Shown here piece after piece: positions 24,219-37,860 of a stretch of 64,000 nucleotides of DNA (position 1 is the first letter of the stretch; the number at the start of each line of letters is the position of its first letter). A program made the translations under genes and the position numbers. The stretch lies in NCBI GenBank assembly GCA_951406725.2, contig OX597820.1, positions 92,752,001 through 92,816,000 of the forward strand. The letters are read 5' to 3'. Source of the DNA: Octopus vulgaris. Its lineage: Eukaryota. The notes under the pieces were generated by a model. It had not been told where the DNA came from and searched no databases. It saw only the letters and a list, made by a program, of their open reading frames with translations.

Positions 24219-25227
24219 TGAAGTATGTGTTAATCTACGTATACAGTAGATGGTCTTAATCTGTTCTTGATCTGTTTCGCACTGTGTATTAATCAACTGG
24301 ATATTAGATAACAGCTCGGTTAAATTACACCGAATGCTCTTCAGAGATTGCAGTTTTGGAAAATCCTCTAGCTACACAGACACAAACACACACACACCAC
24401 ACACAAACACAAACACCCACACAAACACCAACACACATGCGCGTGTGTGAGTACGTGTGCGCACGTGTGTGTGTATGTGTGAGTGGAATTGAGGGTCTCA
24501 CGCCGTCATGCAACCATGTCCTGATTTTCGGCCTACGAATTCTGATTTATAACAAGATACAAGTCGGATAGTACAGTGTATCTGGAATTGCTACACATTT
24601 TTAATACACGACAAGTATCCATCAATATACTTCTTATCACTTTACTAATTTCATTTTTTATTTTGACAAATCCTAGTTTGTGCAAACTTATATGCAACTA
24701 AATGTGTAGCACATGCGTCAATGAGTGTACTTCTGTGTATAGGAAATTATATAAACACGTATGTAAATTTTCATATGCACGGATGCGTCTAAATATATAT
24801 TTACCACAGCAACAATATGTATCTGCGAGTGTTTACTTCTTTGCTCGCAGTGTGCATATTTTTTGTTACTTATATTTTCACAACATATTCGGGCACATGT
24901 GTATTCCAAGGTGCATATATTCGTGTATTTAGATATTTGTGAGTATACACTCGGATGATGTGTTCATATCATTTGTTTAACTTGTATATAGGGTGTATTC
25001 GGTAAACGCATGCACAAACACACTTATATGTATACACACATATATAGATAGATACATATATACATACTTACATATACATGCATGTAAATGCATATATCTA
25101 TCTATATATGTGTATGTATGTGTTTGTGAGCTTCTGTGTGGGTATGTATGTGGGAGTTTGTGTGTGTGGGAGAGAGGTGAGAGTATATGTGTGTGCAAGT
25201 ATATATATATATATATATATATAATAT

Positions 25228-25260
<33 letters not shown>

Positions 25261-25261
<1 letters not shown>

Positions 25262-25982
25262 CTTTATATATATAAAACTGAGAATGTGTGTCTGTCTGTG
25301 TGTTTCCCTAAAACTTGAGAACTACACAACCAATTTCATTCAAATTTTACACATGCCTTACTTAGGGTCCATGTAGTTTCATGGGCAAAAGAAATGTTCA
25401 ACTTCTTGCCTAGAGCGAGCCCATAGCAATATCATATCTTCTCCACTATATCAGTATTACGTGTTAAAAGTGAAACAAAAACATTTCTCTATTTTATATC
25501 ATATGCTTTCACTTTAACAATAAAAATAATAATAATAATTGAATTATATGTAGTAAGTAATAATTAAAATCAAACTAAAGTATAATATAATCGTAACATA
25601 ACAAAAGTAAAAATAGCAATTGGTATAAAATTGCATCAATGATTTGAACTTGGATAAGTGGCTTCACATGAATGGGAATAAATTAAAATTAAAATTAGCG
25701 TGCAGAAATGGAATAGTCCAGATGGATAATAAAAAATTAAATTAAAGAAAAGACAATTGTCTATAAAGTATACAATGTAGAGAAAAAAGAAGAGCAAAAA
25801 AATTCCAGTCTGTTATATATTTTGAGTATTGTTATCACTAGCGATATCAAGATATAACTTTGAATTTTGTATTTTATGTGTAGATGTATATATATAGATG
25901 TACATGTAATATGTACACATATATATACACATATATACATCACTAGCACTATGACCCGGCAACGACGGGCCTTTAATGCTAG
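25261..25982 (+). mobile_element. Non-autonomous Helitron
   Basis: 5' A|TCTTTATATATATAAAA with (TGTC) repeats; 3' hairpin CCCGGCAACGACGGG followed by CTAG|T; A/T target and no TSD. Confidence 0.85.
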
Positions 25983-26593
25983 TATATATATATACATATG
26001 AGAGGAATGACCACTAGGTGGACAGCCCTTATGCTAGAAGTAGAACCGCTGTGGTCTTACCACTAAGAAATGTTCCCAAGAAAAATTTAGCAAACACCAA
26101 AACTTAAACGAGCAAGACAAATGAAAAGTCAGAAAAATATTGATTATTCACATTCATGTTTCACTATTAACAGATTACGTAATTTTACTTACGTAATTCA
26201 TCCGTTATATAATACGTTTTATATATATATATAATGGATACTAATTCATTTTAATTTGAATACGGTTAAATTCTCTTTGCAGATGTTTGGTGTGATTGTT
26301 AAAATAATGTCATATCAAAAATTCTGGCAAAATTTAGAGAAGTGGTTACTCTGTAATTTTGTGCATTTTCTATATATTTTTCTTGTAGTACACGTGTAGG
26401 TAAGTATATATTTATGCATATACATGAACACATGTAGATAAGCATATATAGATAACAGCTCGGTTAACTAACACCGAATGCGCTTCAGAGATTTCAGTTT
26501 CGGAAAAACCTCTAGCGACGTGCGCGCGCTCACTTACACGCACCACACACAAACGCAAATAAACAACCACGCAGACACGTGTCTGTATATATG

Positions 26594-26684
<91 letters not shown>

Positions 26685-26689
26685 TAAGA

Positions 26690-28100
26690 AAAGGGAAGCA
26701 AAGAATTCCGATTATCTCACGTGTTGAGTTGTTATGCAACAAATGTATATAAAATAAAAGAAGGGAAATGCACACAATTTACATAGTTTTAATATATTTT
26801 TAATGTAAGTGTATTGTGGTTGTTGACCGATTTTGCTTTCGCTAATCATGACATTTAAATTATAGTAATTTCGTATTTTCTTCGGATTTTAGTCCATGTT
26901 CTTGTATGAAAGATTTTGAATGAATCAATAAGAAGAAAAATCTAATGGGAGGTAATTGGTGATATGAGCAACTATTCCCCTCACTCAGGTGAGGGGAATA
27001 GTTGCTCATTTTTGGTGTGGTATAATTAAACATACAAAAGCCATAGGCTAAAGTAGTGAGATGAATTATGTACAGTGATGGATATGTGATCATGAATTTA
27101 AATGTGTACTGAAACAAAAATTGGTTATGCGCTCTGTATTTTTCGATAAATAAATTTTGCTTATTTAAACGTTCCTGCACTGTTAGATGGATAAAACTGT
27201 GAAATTTGGCTGAAGATTCCCTGCACATCTCTAAATGTGTTAACCCCCGTACTTTGGGAAACGGATCCGTTCGTTATGTAGTGTGGTTCTCTGTCGAAGT
27301 GCCAGATTGTCTGTCCTATATAATTATGTCCACAACATGAACTTGTTACAACATAAATTAAATTTTCCGATGCACAAGTGAACCTCTCTCTCATTGTTTG
27401 AACTGAAATTCCGAGCCTTCCAGTAGGCTGGGGCATGATCCACAGTTTGGATGTCTACATTTTATAACAGTTGGTTTTGTGGTTATTGTGTAAAGCTTCG
27501 CATTTGTCAGAAGCCTTTTAAGCGACTTGGGTTGCTTTTACATTTGATGAATTTATATTTTCAGAATTTTGTTCATTTTGGGGTCTCTAGTGAGCATTGG
27601 GAGATTTTGTACAATATTTGTACAAGTATTTCCATATGACACTACTATGTAAATCCTTTTCGCTAAATTAAAGAGAATATTTCTGTTGATGTGTTTCGGG
27701 TGGCATGAGCTAAACAGAAAATATTCCATTGGTTTACAATAAATGTCAGTTACAATTTGGTTATTGAATTTTTTTATCAGAATATCTAAGAAAGGGAGTT
27801 GTTCTTTGCTATATTCCATTATAAACTGAATGTTAAGGTTTATACTATTTGGTATTGATTTAAATTCCAAAATTTTATCAATGGTTTCATTCCAAATGAT
27901 GCAGCAGTCATCCAGATGCCTTTTCTAGTTCTCCCTTATATAATGCTTAAATGGATATCTATATTTTCGCAGTGACACTTCATATATGGTGAATTCTAAA
28001 TAACCGATTATTAGGTTTGCAGGAACAGGGGCTGCTTTCGTTTCCATCCCAATTCCGCATTTTTGTCGATAGTAGGTGTCATGAAGGATAAATTTTAAAG
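26690..28100 (-). mobile_element. Decayed Penelope-like element (RT plus GIY-YIG)
   Basis: RQKCGIGMETKAAPVPANLIIGYLE (RT4), KRHLDD (RT5), LPFLDILI, IYCKP..YFLFSSCHP; CRHPNCGSCPSLLEGSEF and FTCASENLIYVVT..CGHNYIGQT (same family as 13085-13513); decayed hammerhead at about 26818-26855. Confidence 0.92.
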
Positions 28101-28116
28101 TTTTATATATATATAT

Positions 28117-28189
<73 letters not shown>

Positions 28190-28193
<4 letters not shown>

Positions 28194-28445
28194 GTGTTCT
28201 TGAGCAAGACACTTTATTTCACGTTGCTCCAGTTCACTCAGCTGTAGAAATGAGTTGCGATGTCACAGGTGCCAAGCTGTATCAGCCGTTGCCTTTCCCT
28301 TGGATAACACTGGTGGCGTGGAGAGGGGAGGCCGGTATGCATAGGCGACTGCTGGTCTTCCATAAACCACCTTGCCCAGACTTGTGACTAGGAGGGTAAC
28401 TTTCTAGGTGCAATCCCATGGTCAGTGTCGTGACCGAAGGGGGTC
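28190..28445 (+). mobile_element. 5'-truncated SINE, family D (CORE-like TTGAGCAAGACACTT segment)
   Basis: TTGAGCAAGACACTTTATTTC is shared with the tRNA-headed copy at 41690-41850. Confidence 0.7.
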
Positions 28446-28689
28446 AACAAGTCAACAATATGTGTATGTGTGTATGTGTGTATGTGTGTGTGTGTATGTG
28501 TGTGAGTGTGTGTGTGCGTGTATGTATGTATGTATATATATATATACAGAGAGAGAGACATAAGTGTGCATTTTATGTATGTATATGAATGTAAACCACC
28601 CTGTTAATGTGTAATTTTTAATAACTCAGATGAAACGGTTTTCAGATTCAGTATGTATGCATGTATATATGTATGCATGTACTTATACG

Positions 28690-29620
28690 TGCAGATTTGT
28701 ATATTCTGTTTTATGTATGTCTTCTTATGCATATACTTGCATGTCTAGACATGCTCATACATACCTGAATGATAAATGTCTGGAAAGTGTCACAGATTTT
28801 TACAGTTCCAAGGAGTGTTTGGATCTGTAATCTTCGAATCAGCTTTCCCCTTACTGATTTTGAAAGCTTAATTTCTCAAGATTGGTATGTAGGTAGTGTG
28901 TTATATTTGCATGTCTCTTCTTTTTTAATCATATAAATTCATCCTCTGCTTTGTAACAAATATACAAAGGTCCATCTTTTGAATGTAGATAAGGAAACCA
29001 ATGTTATATTTAAACCTAAGAAAAGTATTGTATAGTTTTACTGTTTCCCTTACAGAATGTATTTGCAAAATGAGAATCAGTTGGTTGATCGCTTTTTCTG
29101 AAAACCCAAGCGTGTCCAGACTGACAGATAGACATTTACTTACAAAGCCAAGTGCTCCAATTATTAGTGGTATAAAAGTAAATTTGTAGGTTTCGAAGCA
29201 GTTATGCATACTTATCAACTTTCCCTTTGATTTTCAGGGATATTCACATAGGCCTGTCGATATTACTATTTTTGCGCAGATTTCCAGTCGACGTCAAAAT
29301 CTTGCGGCTTTTAGTGTTTAAGAAGTGAATTTCTTCTACAGACCAGTCAAATATACCAAATTTTGAAATCAGCATTACTAGTGCAAATACATTGTGGATA
29401 TTGTCTTGTTATAAAAGGAGAGTTCAGGCTGATATAATTTTCTTAGTCAGGTGTAATATTCTTGGGTCACCCTAACTTTATTCACAGTACCTTCGTAATA
29501 TATATTTTCATCAATGCCTAGGTAATTGTAGCATTCTGTGTGGGACAGGAGAGATAGTGAGATTACTGATGCATAGATTTTGTGTCTGGGGGGACTGATT
29601 TTCTTAGTTCAACAATCAAA
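28690..29620 (-). mobile_element. R4/Dong-like LINE relic (RT C-terminus, endonuclease end and 3' UTR), internally deleted
   Basis: YNYLGIDENIYYEGTVNKVRV..EYY...ELSFYNK..SHNVFA, and YKFTFIPLIIGALGFVSKCL...LQIHSVRETVK. Confidence 0.78.
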
Positions 29621-31789
29621 TAAGCACAATTCTTCTGGCCAAATTCGATTCCTGCGCCAGATGAAAATGTTATTAATTCCATATGCTTTATAGCATTGTT
29701 AACATTGAGGTCATCCACAAAGGAATTATGAGTTATATTAATATCTGTTGCAGGTGCAGATCCGAGAATGTAGCTGTTTTTGCAGATCCTAGAATGTAGC
29801 TGGGGGTTTTTTTTTATGTAACAGGAATGATAATGGGTTTAACGCCAAAATGAACAGAATTAAAGGGAGATTATCTCCCTGGAATAAAATATTCCCTTTG
29901 AAATATTTATGGCATTAGAGACAGTCGTTTCATTCTCTTTTCTAAGTGTGAAGATTGTTACCCAAGCCTTTTTGAGTCTCTCAGTGGCAGCAATTAAGGT
30001 AGCAGACACTTTCGCACAGTAGAAACACTTCAGCACCCGTGTGTGAGGAATAGAATCAAATGCCTTCCTATAATCAAGCCATACTGTTGTAAGGCTCTTA
30101 CGATGATCTTTTCCCTCAGAGAATACAGCTTGTATGTATGTATATTTATATATACATACATCTAAAGAGATGTGTGTGTCTGTGTGTGTGTGTATGTGAT
30201 TGTATGCATGTAAGTATGTATTTATCTACGTATGCATGTATGTAGCCCAAAATTCATCAACTTCGTTTGTGTTAAAGAGAGAACGAATATGCTGGTGACA
30301 TTTCTCCTTTCCCAATTTGCATGGACAGCGTATCATATGTTTACTTCAGTGTTTAGATGTCAGCTTACAAATACAGTTTATTGTGCTTTTATGCTTTTAT
30401 GTATAACTCCCAAGCAGAATATCTACAAAAATTACATACACATAAAAGCATTGTATTCACGCTTTAATTACTAATTCCTTGGCGTCAGTTTTGTATTAAC
30501 GTGCTAAAGTGAAGAAGTGAGACATTAAACATTGTGATCTTACTGGGCTTAGTTACATCTCATGCAAATATGTCACACTCATTCAATGCCAAACACATTT
30601 GCCTACGTTAATACATACAAATATTCATCAAAAGCATGCTTGCAAGCATTCATACATACATGCATGCATACACACGCAGAAATGGAGATAGAGCAAGAGA
30701 GACAGAAAGATAGAGAAAGTTCCAGTTGTGATTTTGTCGCCTGATAACTGATACGATAGATGCAACACTATAAGATTATAGAATGCATTTCATGAATACA
30801 TTAATTCACTTGTGCTACTGCATATCTAATATATTGATTGATATGTACGGCTTGACCTGCTTGCAGTTTCGATGAGGGAAAAATATATAAACTTAGGCAC
30901 TGTTATAATATACAGTAACTTTCATTCATTAAACATCTTTTTAGGTTTTTCATACATCAAACTTATTGATACAATTTTTACTCATTATTTATCTTTTATC
31001 AAAAACTCCATTCTAAAAATGAAGATGTGGTTCTATTTCCTTTCTGCCTATTGTTCTCTTGTTCGTTTTTGTATTTCCGTTCGTTTCTATATAGTTTACT
31101 TCTTGTTTTCGCTTTTTCTCGCGTTTTCAGTTTTATTCTTTTCTTTGAGTAGCGGTAACTTTTAGTACAGAGGGAGTTTGTTTTGTACATATTTCATTTA
31201 GATACAAAATACAGCCGTTTCTTTTATGCAGAAAATATTTCCGCTGTGATTAAAATTGGAAATTTAGAAGGTATTGTGACTTTAGCAGAACCCGACTGTT
31301 GTCTTACAAACGTATGGCTTTCTACAGTTCCTGCCACATGGAATCGCTATTTTTAACATATATCACAACAAAAGGCACAGCTCCATAAATCCTATGTGAA
31401 ATTTCTATCGCTATAAAATATCGCATGCCTATTTGTGTTATATTAATTCAAAAATTCTTTTAAAAACCAAAGTTCAAAAAATGACCAGTTATTATGGGTT
31501 TTTTTTTGTCCCATTCAGTAGAATGCCTCCTTTTCTTATATTTCTACTTTGATACACACACACACACACACATCATACAGGAATATACCCACATATATAT
31601 GCGTACATAATATGTATATGTATATAAATATATTATATATCTTTATATATGTTTCAGAGATGAAGGCTTTATGTTTATGTGGATTTGCGTCAAGTAATGA
31701 CATTAAGTCTATTTAAACTGCTATGGTTTGTTAATGGTAGCATTTGGTGGTGAACAACAGATCAAGATAATCTGAGTGCTTTTCTAACT

Positions 31790-32050
31790 CGAAAAATAAC
31801 AACACTTTACAGTCAAATGCCTGTCATCCAACACCATGTGATGAGAACAATCAATGTTTTCTTCGGTGTTAAAAGTTGCAGAATGTCCAGTTCTTTGGTA
31901 GTCTTCAATATTCTCCCTTCTCCACTTAAATTTGGCTCCCCACTCTTGCCCTATACAGTACTCTTGCACTTTATAATAATAGTACAGAAAATGATATTGC
32001 GCCACCACCAGGTAGAATTATTGAGTTGCCTTCTCTACAATTGAATGCTA
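31790..32050 (-). mobile_element. Mariner transposase N-terminal relic
   Basis: EWGAKFKWRRENIEDYQRTGHSATFNTEENIDCSHHMVLDDRHLT fits W...F..GR..LEDD.RSGRP....EEN. Confidence 0.82.
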
Positions 32051-32639
32051 ACATCGCAATCAGCGTAGTAACATAGCTCTCCAGCATCCATCAAGTTACC
32101 TGCCATGCTTATTTGGTACCCAGAAGCAAGAAAACAAAACATTTCTCAAACCGAATGTAGTTACGACCTCAATTCTTCAGTTTGTGTGAAAAGTAATGCA
32201 AGTTCTTGTATGTTTATGAAAGTCTGAGTAATTACAATGGGCGTCGTTAAATGATAACTAACGTGTATGTGTTTGCGTATGCGTATGTGTGTGTGTTTGA
32301 TGTATGTATGCAATTTATGCATATGTGTGTGTGTATGTGTGTGTGTGAATATATAACAACAAATGGATTGTTTTTTGGTTATCATCCACCTAACTTGAAA
32401 CCTGCATTTCGCATTGATCTGGAGATTATTGGGTGCAGCGCAATGGGTACAGCGTTTGTACCCATGTGTAACCTTGATGACTCTTGTATATTCAGTCGAC
32501 CACTTATGATTGTACGCAGTACTTGGCTACAGATCGGTATTTACGTTAACAAAATACGTATTTCACTCCAAATATTGTATGTACATGATAACGGTATCAC
32601 CGAGCTGACCTTCAATGCTGGAAATTACATATATATATA

Positions 32640-32670
32640 CTAGCAGAGATACCCGGCGTTGCCCGGTTAC
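32640..32670 (-). mobile_element. Helitron 3' terminus
   Basis: Reverse complement CCGGGCAACGCCGGGTATCTCTGCTAG|T, same as the ends at 25954-25982 and 36153-36180; the 5' boundary is unresolved. Confidence 0.7.
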
Positions 32671-33142
32671 ATTCAATTGAAGAATTAGACTTTTCTGCTA
32701 TATTTTCTGTATGAACTGGAATATCTATGTTTCGAATTTCATCAAAGTTGCAGATGAGGGTTATTTCCCTCTTTACACACACTAAAAAAAATTGTAATCG
32801 TGCCACATGGAAACCAAAAGACGAATGATCACAATAAGCAGTCAGTTACCCTACCTTAGTCGTTACCACTCCCAATGTAGGATTCCTCACCATCCAGATG
32901 ACAGGCACAGCCGTAAGATGCATTACGAATCTATAGCAATTGGAAGGACGTGACCCAACTGAAATCAACATTAACAACTGTGTGACGTGAGGGCTTAGGA
33001 GAAATTAAAGTGTCACCTCTGGAGTTTGCAAATGACCACTATACTGATACGTAACTGGACAGAATGAATTTAAAATCTATAAATGTCTTTGAATAACCAG
33101 TCACTCATCTGGGAAGGCCTTGTAATCAATGTTACCATCTGG

Positions 33143-33182
<40 letters not shown>

Positions 33183-33249
33183 TATAAATAGATAAGTATC
33201 AATCTTTATACCCTACTTAATGTGGATATATTTTTTAACAAATATATGT

Positions 33250-33625
33250 TAGAATAGCCTGATATCCAATACCATATGATGAACACGATCAATGTTTTCC
33301 TCGGTGGTGTCAGTTGCCGAACGTCTAAGTCTTTGGTAATTTTCAATATTCTTCCTTCTTCTAAATACAGCTGCCCACTCTTACACTGTTGATAAAGCTG
33401 CAGCGTTATCTCCTAATATAGCAACTATATCAATATGAACGCCCTTGGAAGCTCAACCGTTTTCCCGCATGTTGTTGATAACAACAGTACGATGCCAAAT
33501 TCTTACCATTTTGAAAAGTCACGACTAGTTACTTTTGAAAGTCTTCAAACAGTCATATTTCAGTTTACCTCGAAAGAAACAATAGATTATAAGAACTGTT
33601 CAAATTAATGCATCCAAGATTTCAC
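33250..33625 (-). mobile_element. Mariner transposase 5' relic (same family as 31790-32050)
   Basis: MVRIWHR...DIVAILGDNAAALSTV*EWAAVFRR...TTEENIDRVHHMVLD. Confidence 0.85.
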
Positions 33626-33717
33626 AGCGCAAGTATGACGTCTTCATACTCACCCCATGAACTCGTGTGCTTGTATGTGTAAGCGCGTACGCGTTTGTGT
33701 TTTTGTATATATATATA

Positions 33718-33805
33718 AGTCCCGGGGTCGATTTGCTCGACTAAAGGCAGTGCTCCAGCATGGCCGCAGTCAAATGACTGAAACAAGTAAAATAGTAAAA
33801 GAGTA
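33718..33805 (+). mobile_element. SINE family A 3' fragment
   Basis: GGGGTCGATTTGCTCGACTAAAGGCAGTGCTCCAGCATGGCCGCAGTCAAATGACTGAAAC. Confidence 0.88.
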
Positions 33806-35559
33806 AACACAAACTTACATACATACATACACACACACATATATGTATATACGTGTGTGTGGATATGTATGTGTGCGTGTATGCATACATCAGCGTGTGT
33901 ATACACATATGTGCTTTTGTTTCTGAATACTTGTGTCCGTTTGTGTGTGAAAATAAGTGAGTGATTTCCGAACGAACTGATCACAAGTCCTTCTAAATGG
34001 AAAGTAGCAATTTTTTTCCTAATTCCAGAACCGACATTTACACTGTGCTTCTCATTTATACGTTGAATGCAACTATGTCAGAAAACAATTTTAAAAAACA
34101 AGTAAATACATGGTCAAAAAACAAGTAATATATGGAAAACTTTACTGAAACACATCAGTATTGGGGAATGGTATAATTTTGTCAACGGACTCTGTGTAAA
34201 AAAAACTCAACGAATTAGAAGAGCTGCAAACAAATTGGCATGTATACAAGTCACTCACAAAATGTCAGGTGTATTATTTTCTTACGCCCACTTACGCTCT
34301 ATGTTCAAATTTCGCGAGCGTTAACTTTACCTTTCATTTTACCATACTTCATAAAATATTGATCAAATCAAGTACTGGATTTTTATATTGACTGTACTCT
34401 CCCACCAATGCTTGCAATAGTTACAGAATACTGCCTGTGGAGAGTTTACAAAAAATGGTCGATGGCTACACAAGATCACTTAGTTTCGTGACTCAGAAAT
34501 TCTACGTTCAAATCACGGATTCAGATTCAAAACAAACTTAGTACCGGTAATATAATAAGGGTGATTCCAAAACTAATATTCGATACTATACTAAAAGCCA
34601 CTGAGAGATCAGATTGCCTGTGCTATTTTTTTTTACTTATTAGAAATATAAAGCAAATTTGTCACGAATTAAATCGTACTATCAGAAAAAAAAAACACTG
34701 AATAACAACTTGCAGCCTATGTCTGCTGCTGACTATTTATCTGGAGATAAGAAAAGACCAGTCCTGAAAGAATGTTAATATCATAATCCAATTATACAAA
34801 AAAGTATAAAATTCTTTTAACTCTACTGTACGAAATTGGGTTTAATCAGTTAAGAAGTCTTCCTGAATGTAGAGCGCTTGCGAAAATGTTATGACCACTG
34901 CGTTTACAATCCACGCTCTTAACAGAGTAAAACAGTACATATGGTGTAAGGACTGCGACTACAAAGGGCATCCTAGAAATTTGACCACATATTTTCTGTT
35001 TCTTGCAAATTCCCCCATGATAGTTGATTTACCGTTAATTGGGGTACGTAAAATACCACAATAAATTTTTTTTTTTGTAATTATCTCCAACATTTCGTAT
35101 ATGTTATTATGAAAACAATGCTTGTGCTAATATATTTTATGATAAACATTTTCCCCTACAATCTCTGCATCATTTTTGATATAGATAATTGACCAAGGAT
35201 AAACAGTAGCGATTCAACTAAAAATTCAAATCACTAGAAGTAAAAATATCAGTAACAGATTTAACGATGTGGAAAATTTCAGCAAAAAGAAGTTCAAATC
35301 TATTTGGATCCGCAAATATTGCGACAAATAAGTACATTTATTTCTGATGCCCCTAATAGTTATAATATTTAATAATTATTTATTATTCATGAAGCCTAAA
35401 TATCAAAGAGACTTAAAAGTCAACAAAATTGAAGCTTAGACACACAATATCTTCAATGCTGAAATATACGAACAGATGTTTCCTAAATAGACATAAAATC
35501 TCACATAAAGCAGAAACCTGCAATCTCTACCCAAGGTAGTCAGTAAAAGCTTGGTTTTG

Positions 35560-37420
35560 GCATTAAAGTTTCAAAATTGATACCTGCTAATTATACTTGC
35601 ATAGCACTAGGAAAAACCTTATATTCACTTCACTAAAAATTACAACATCTTGGGAATTTGAGAAAATAGGGACTGTCTTTATTAGTTGTAATGTTACTAC
35701 AGAGCAAATATTTAAACACAAAATTTATAACTTGCGAAAAAATATATAGGGGAATCTGTGGTTTCTAGGATACGGAAGAGTCACGTTACAGATAATTGTA
35801 ATTTAATGGACTTCACTGCAGATAATTCTAATTTAATGTGATTAATGTTGTCAATGACACCATTCACATGAGTTTATGGTTTGCAAATTGCTTCCAAGGA
35901 TAACAACAGCTTAAGAAATGTTTGAGCTTCTGACTGATTTTATCATTGAACAAATATTTACTGGGGAAATGTGTTGGACTGGATACCGATGGACCATGAG
36001 GTAGGTTGACTCAATGGTATGCTCCAGAAAATTCCATCAATAGCACCAGAAGTTGCATCACGGCATTTTAGTATCAAGAACAAACTTTAGCTGTGAAAAG
36101 TATGACCATATTTTTAAACTGCACTCTTCAATAATGTGAAATTTATAAATGACTAGCAGTATCGCCCGGCGTTGCTCGGGTTTGTAAGGGAAATAACTAT
36201 AAAGCATTTTTAGAGAGTTATAGCCAAAAAATAGCAAAAAAATGCATTAAAAATGGAAAAAAAATTATAGTAATTTTTTTTAAATCGTTGACTCATCGTA
36301 GACATTTTTAGAGAGTTAATTTCCTTATATAATAGCAAAAAAATGCATTAAAATGGAAAAAATGATGGTAAATTATTTTTTAAATCGTACTCATCGTAGA
36401 CGCGTGCTAATACCCAGAAGGGCTCGATATGAATCACAACTATAAGATACCCGAATTTGGTTAAACTGCACCGCAAAATGTGGGAGTAGTTAGGAATGTA
36501 AATCGTAGGAGACAGACACAACTTCACTTTTATATATTGTTTTGGTGTCTTCAAGCCATGAAGTCGTTGTTCTAAAAGAACGCTGGTCTCCTTGACAACG
36601 CATTACGACGTTGATTTCCTTACACTCCCTTCCCCACAGCTTCACGAGGGAGGGAAGAAGGGGGAGAAGCAGGTGCAGGCATGAGCGTGGACGCCAACTC
36701 CGCCGCCATCGACACACGAAAAATTATGCATTAAAATGGAATAAAAAATGATGTTAAATTATTTTAAAAATCGTAGCCTCATCGTAGACGCGCCCTAATA
36801 CTCAGACGGGCTTGATATGAATCACGACTATAAGATACCCGAATTTGGTTAAACTGCACCGCAAAATGTGGGAGTAGTTAGGAATCTAAATCGAAGGGGA
36901 CAGACACTCACACAACTACAGTTTTATATATATAGATATAAACTCTTGATTGAATAACTAGATCATTATTGAGTTGTACAAAGAATCAGAAATTGTGAAT
37001 TGCAGTTGTTATCAAAAGGAAATATTTGAAAGCATACTTAATTTAGAAAGCATTATCATTTTGTGATTAACGACCTCAATCGGCGACTGGTATTATAAGT
37101 GCTTTTAAAGATATATTTCCTGAATCCGATAGCATGGGTGACCTTTTATTTCAAATATTAAATTTCTTAAAATTAAATCTATAAAGCCCAAATATTATTA
37201 AAGTACATGAGAAAGTGAAAGAAGTAGTTGAAGAAGTCGTCTTTATGAACGTGGAGAGTTGTAAGACGAAATTAATACCTTTGGAGTATTATCTAAACCT
37301 CCAGAATCTTATTCCGAAATAAACTTTCGATTAGACATGCTTTGTTGCTTAAATGCCAACTGAATTCTTCGAAATTCCTGGAAATTTGAATAAATATCTT
37401 CCTGCAATGCATGCCAACAA
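35560..37420 (+). pseudogene. Decayed hAT (Charlie/Buster-like) transposase, interrupted by a Helitron
   Basis: Frameshifted motifs in native order: GKP, EFMVCKLLPRITTA*EMFELL, KCVGLDTDG (like C.G..TDGA), IAPEVASRH, VKFIN|DINS, and LLSKGNI (like RWLS.G). Confidence 0.72.
36153..36936 (-). mobile_element. Non-autonomous Helitron with a duplicated 5' module
   Basis: 3' end (reverse complement) CCCGAGCAACGCCGGG...CTAG|T; 5' end A|TCTATATATATAAAA; a ~190-bp segment occurs at both about 36340-36537 and 36725-36936. Confidence 0.88.
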
Positions 37421-37459
37421 AATGTAATTAGCGAACCATTCAGTGTAAAAGAGAAATTG

Positions 37460-37860
37460 AAGAGAAATTGCTTAGCGGTATTACGTTCAAAGTTCAAATT
37501 CTACCGAGATCAACTTGAACTTTTATACTCACGTGGTTAATAGAATAAGTACCAGTTGAACACTGGGATCGATGTAACCGATTTACCCTCTACCCCAACA
37601 TAGCTGGCCTTCTGCTAAAATTTGAAACCAATATTTCTCCGGCTATAAGTGACCTGGAAAAATCATTACCACGCCAGTAATGCTTAGCAGCATTTTGCTC
37701 AGCTTTATGTTCTGAGTTCAAATTACACCGTGGTCGATTTTGCCTTTCATCGGTTTGAATCGATAAAATAAGTACCAGTTAAGCATTGAGGTTAATGTAA
37801 TGGGCTTAGTCCCACCGTGAAACTGCTGGTCTTGGGCCAAAATCTGAAGCCAAAATTTGA
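37460..37860 (+). mobile_element. Two tandem diverged family-B SINEs
   Basis: The GTTCAAATT...ATAAGTACCAGTT core occurs twice. Confidence 0.7.

Noticed and set aside
26140-26290. Minus-strand hammerhead with a long stem II (CTGCAAAGA...GAAACATG)
   Set aside because: The core is too degenerate to support; it may be a PLE tail relic but I cannot show this
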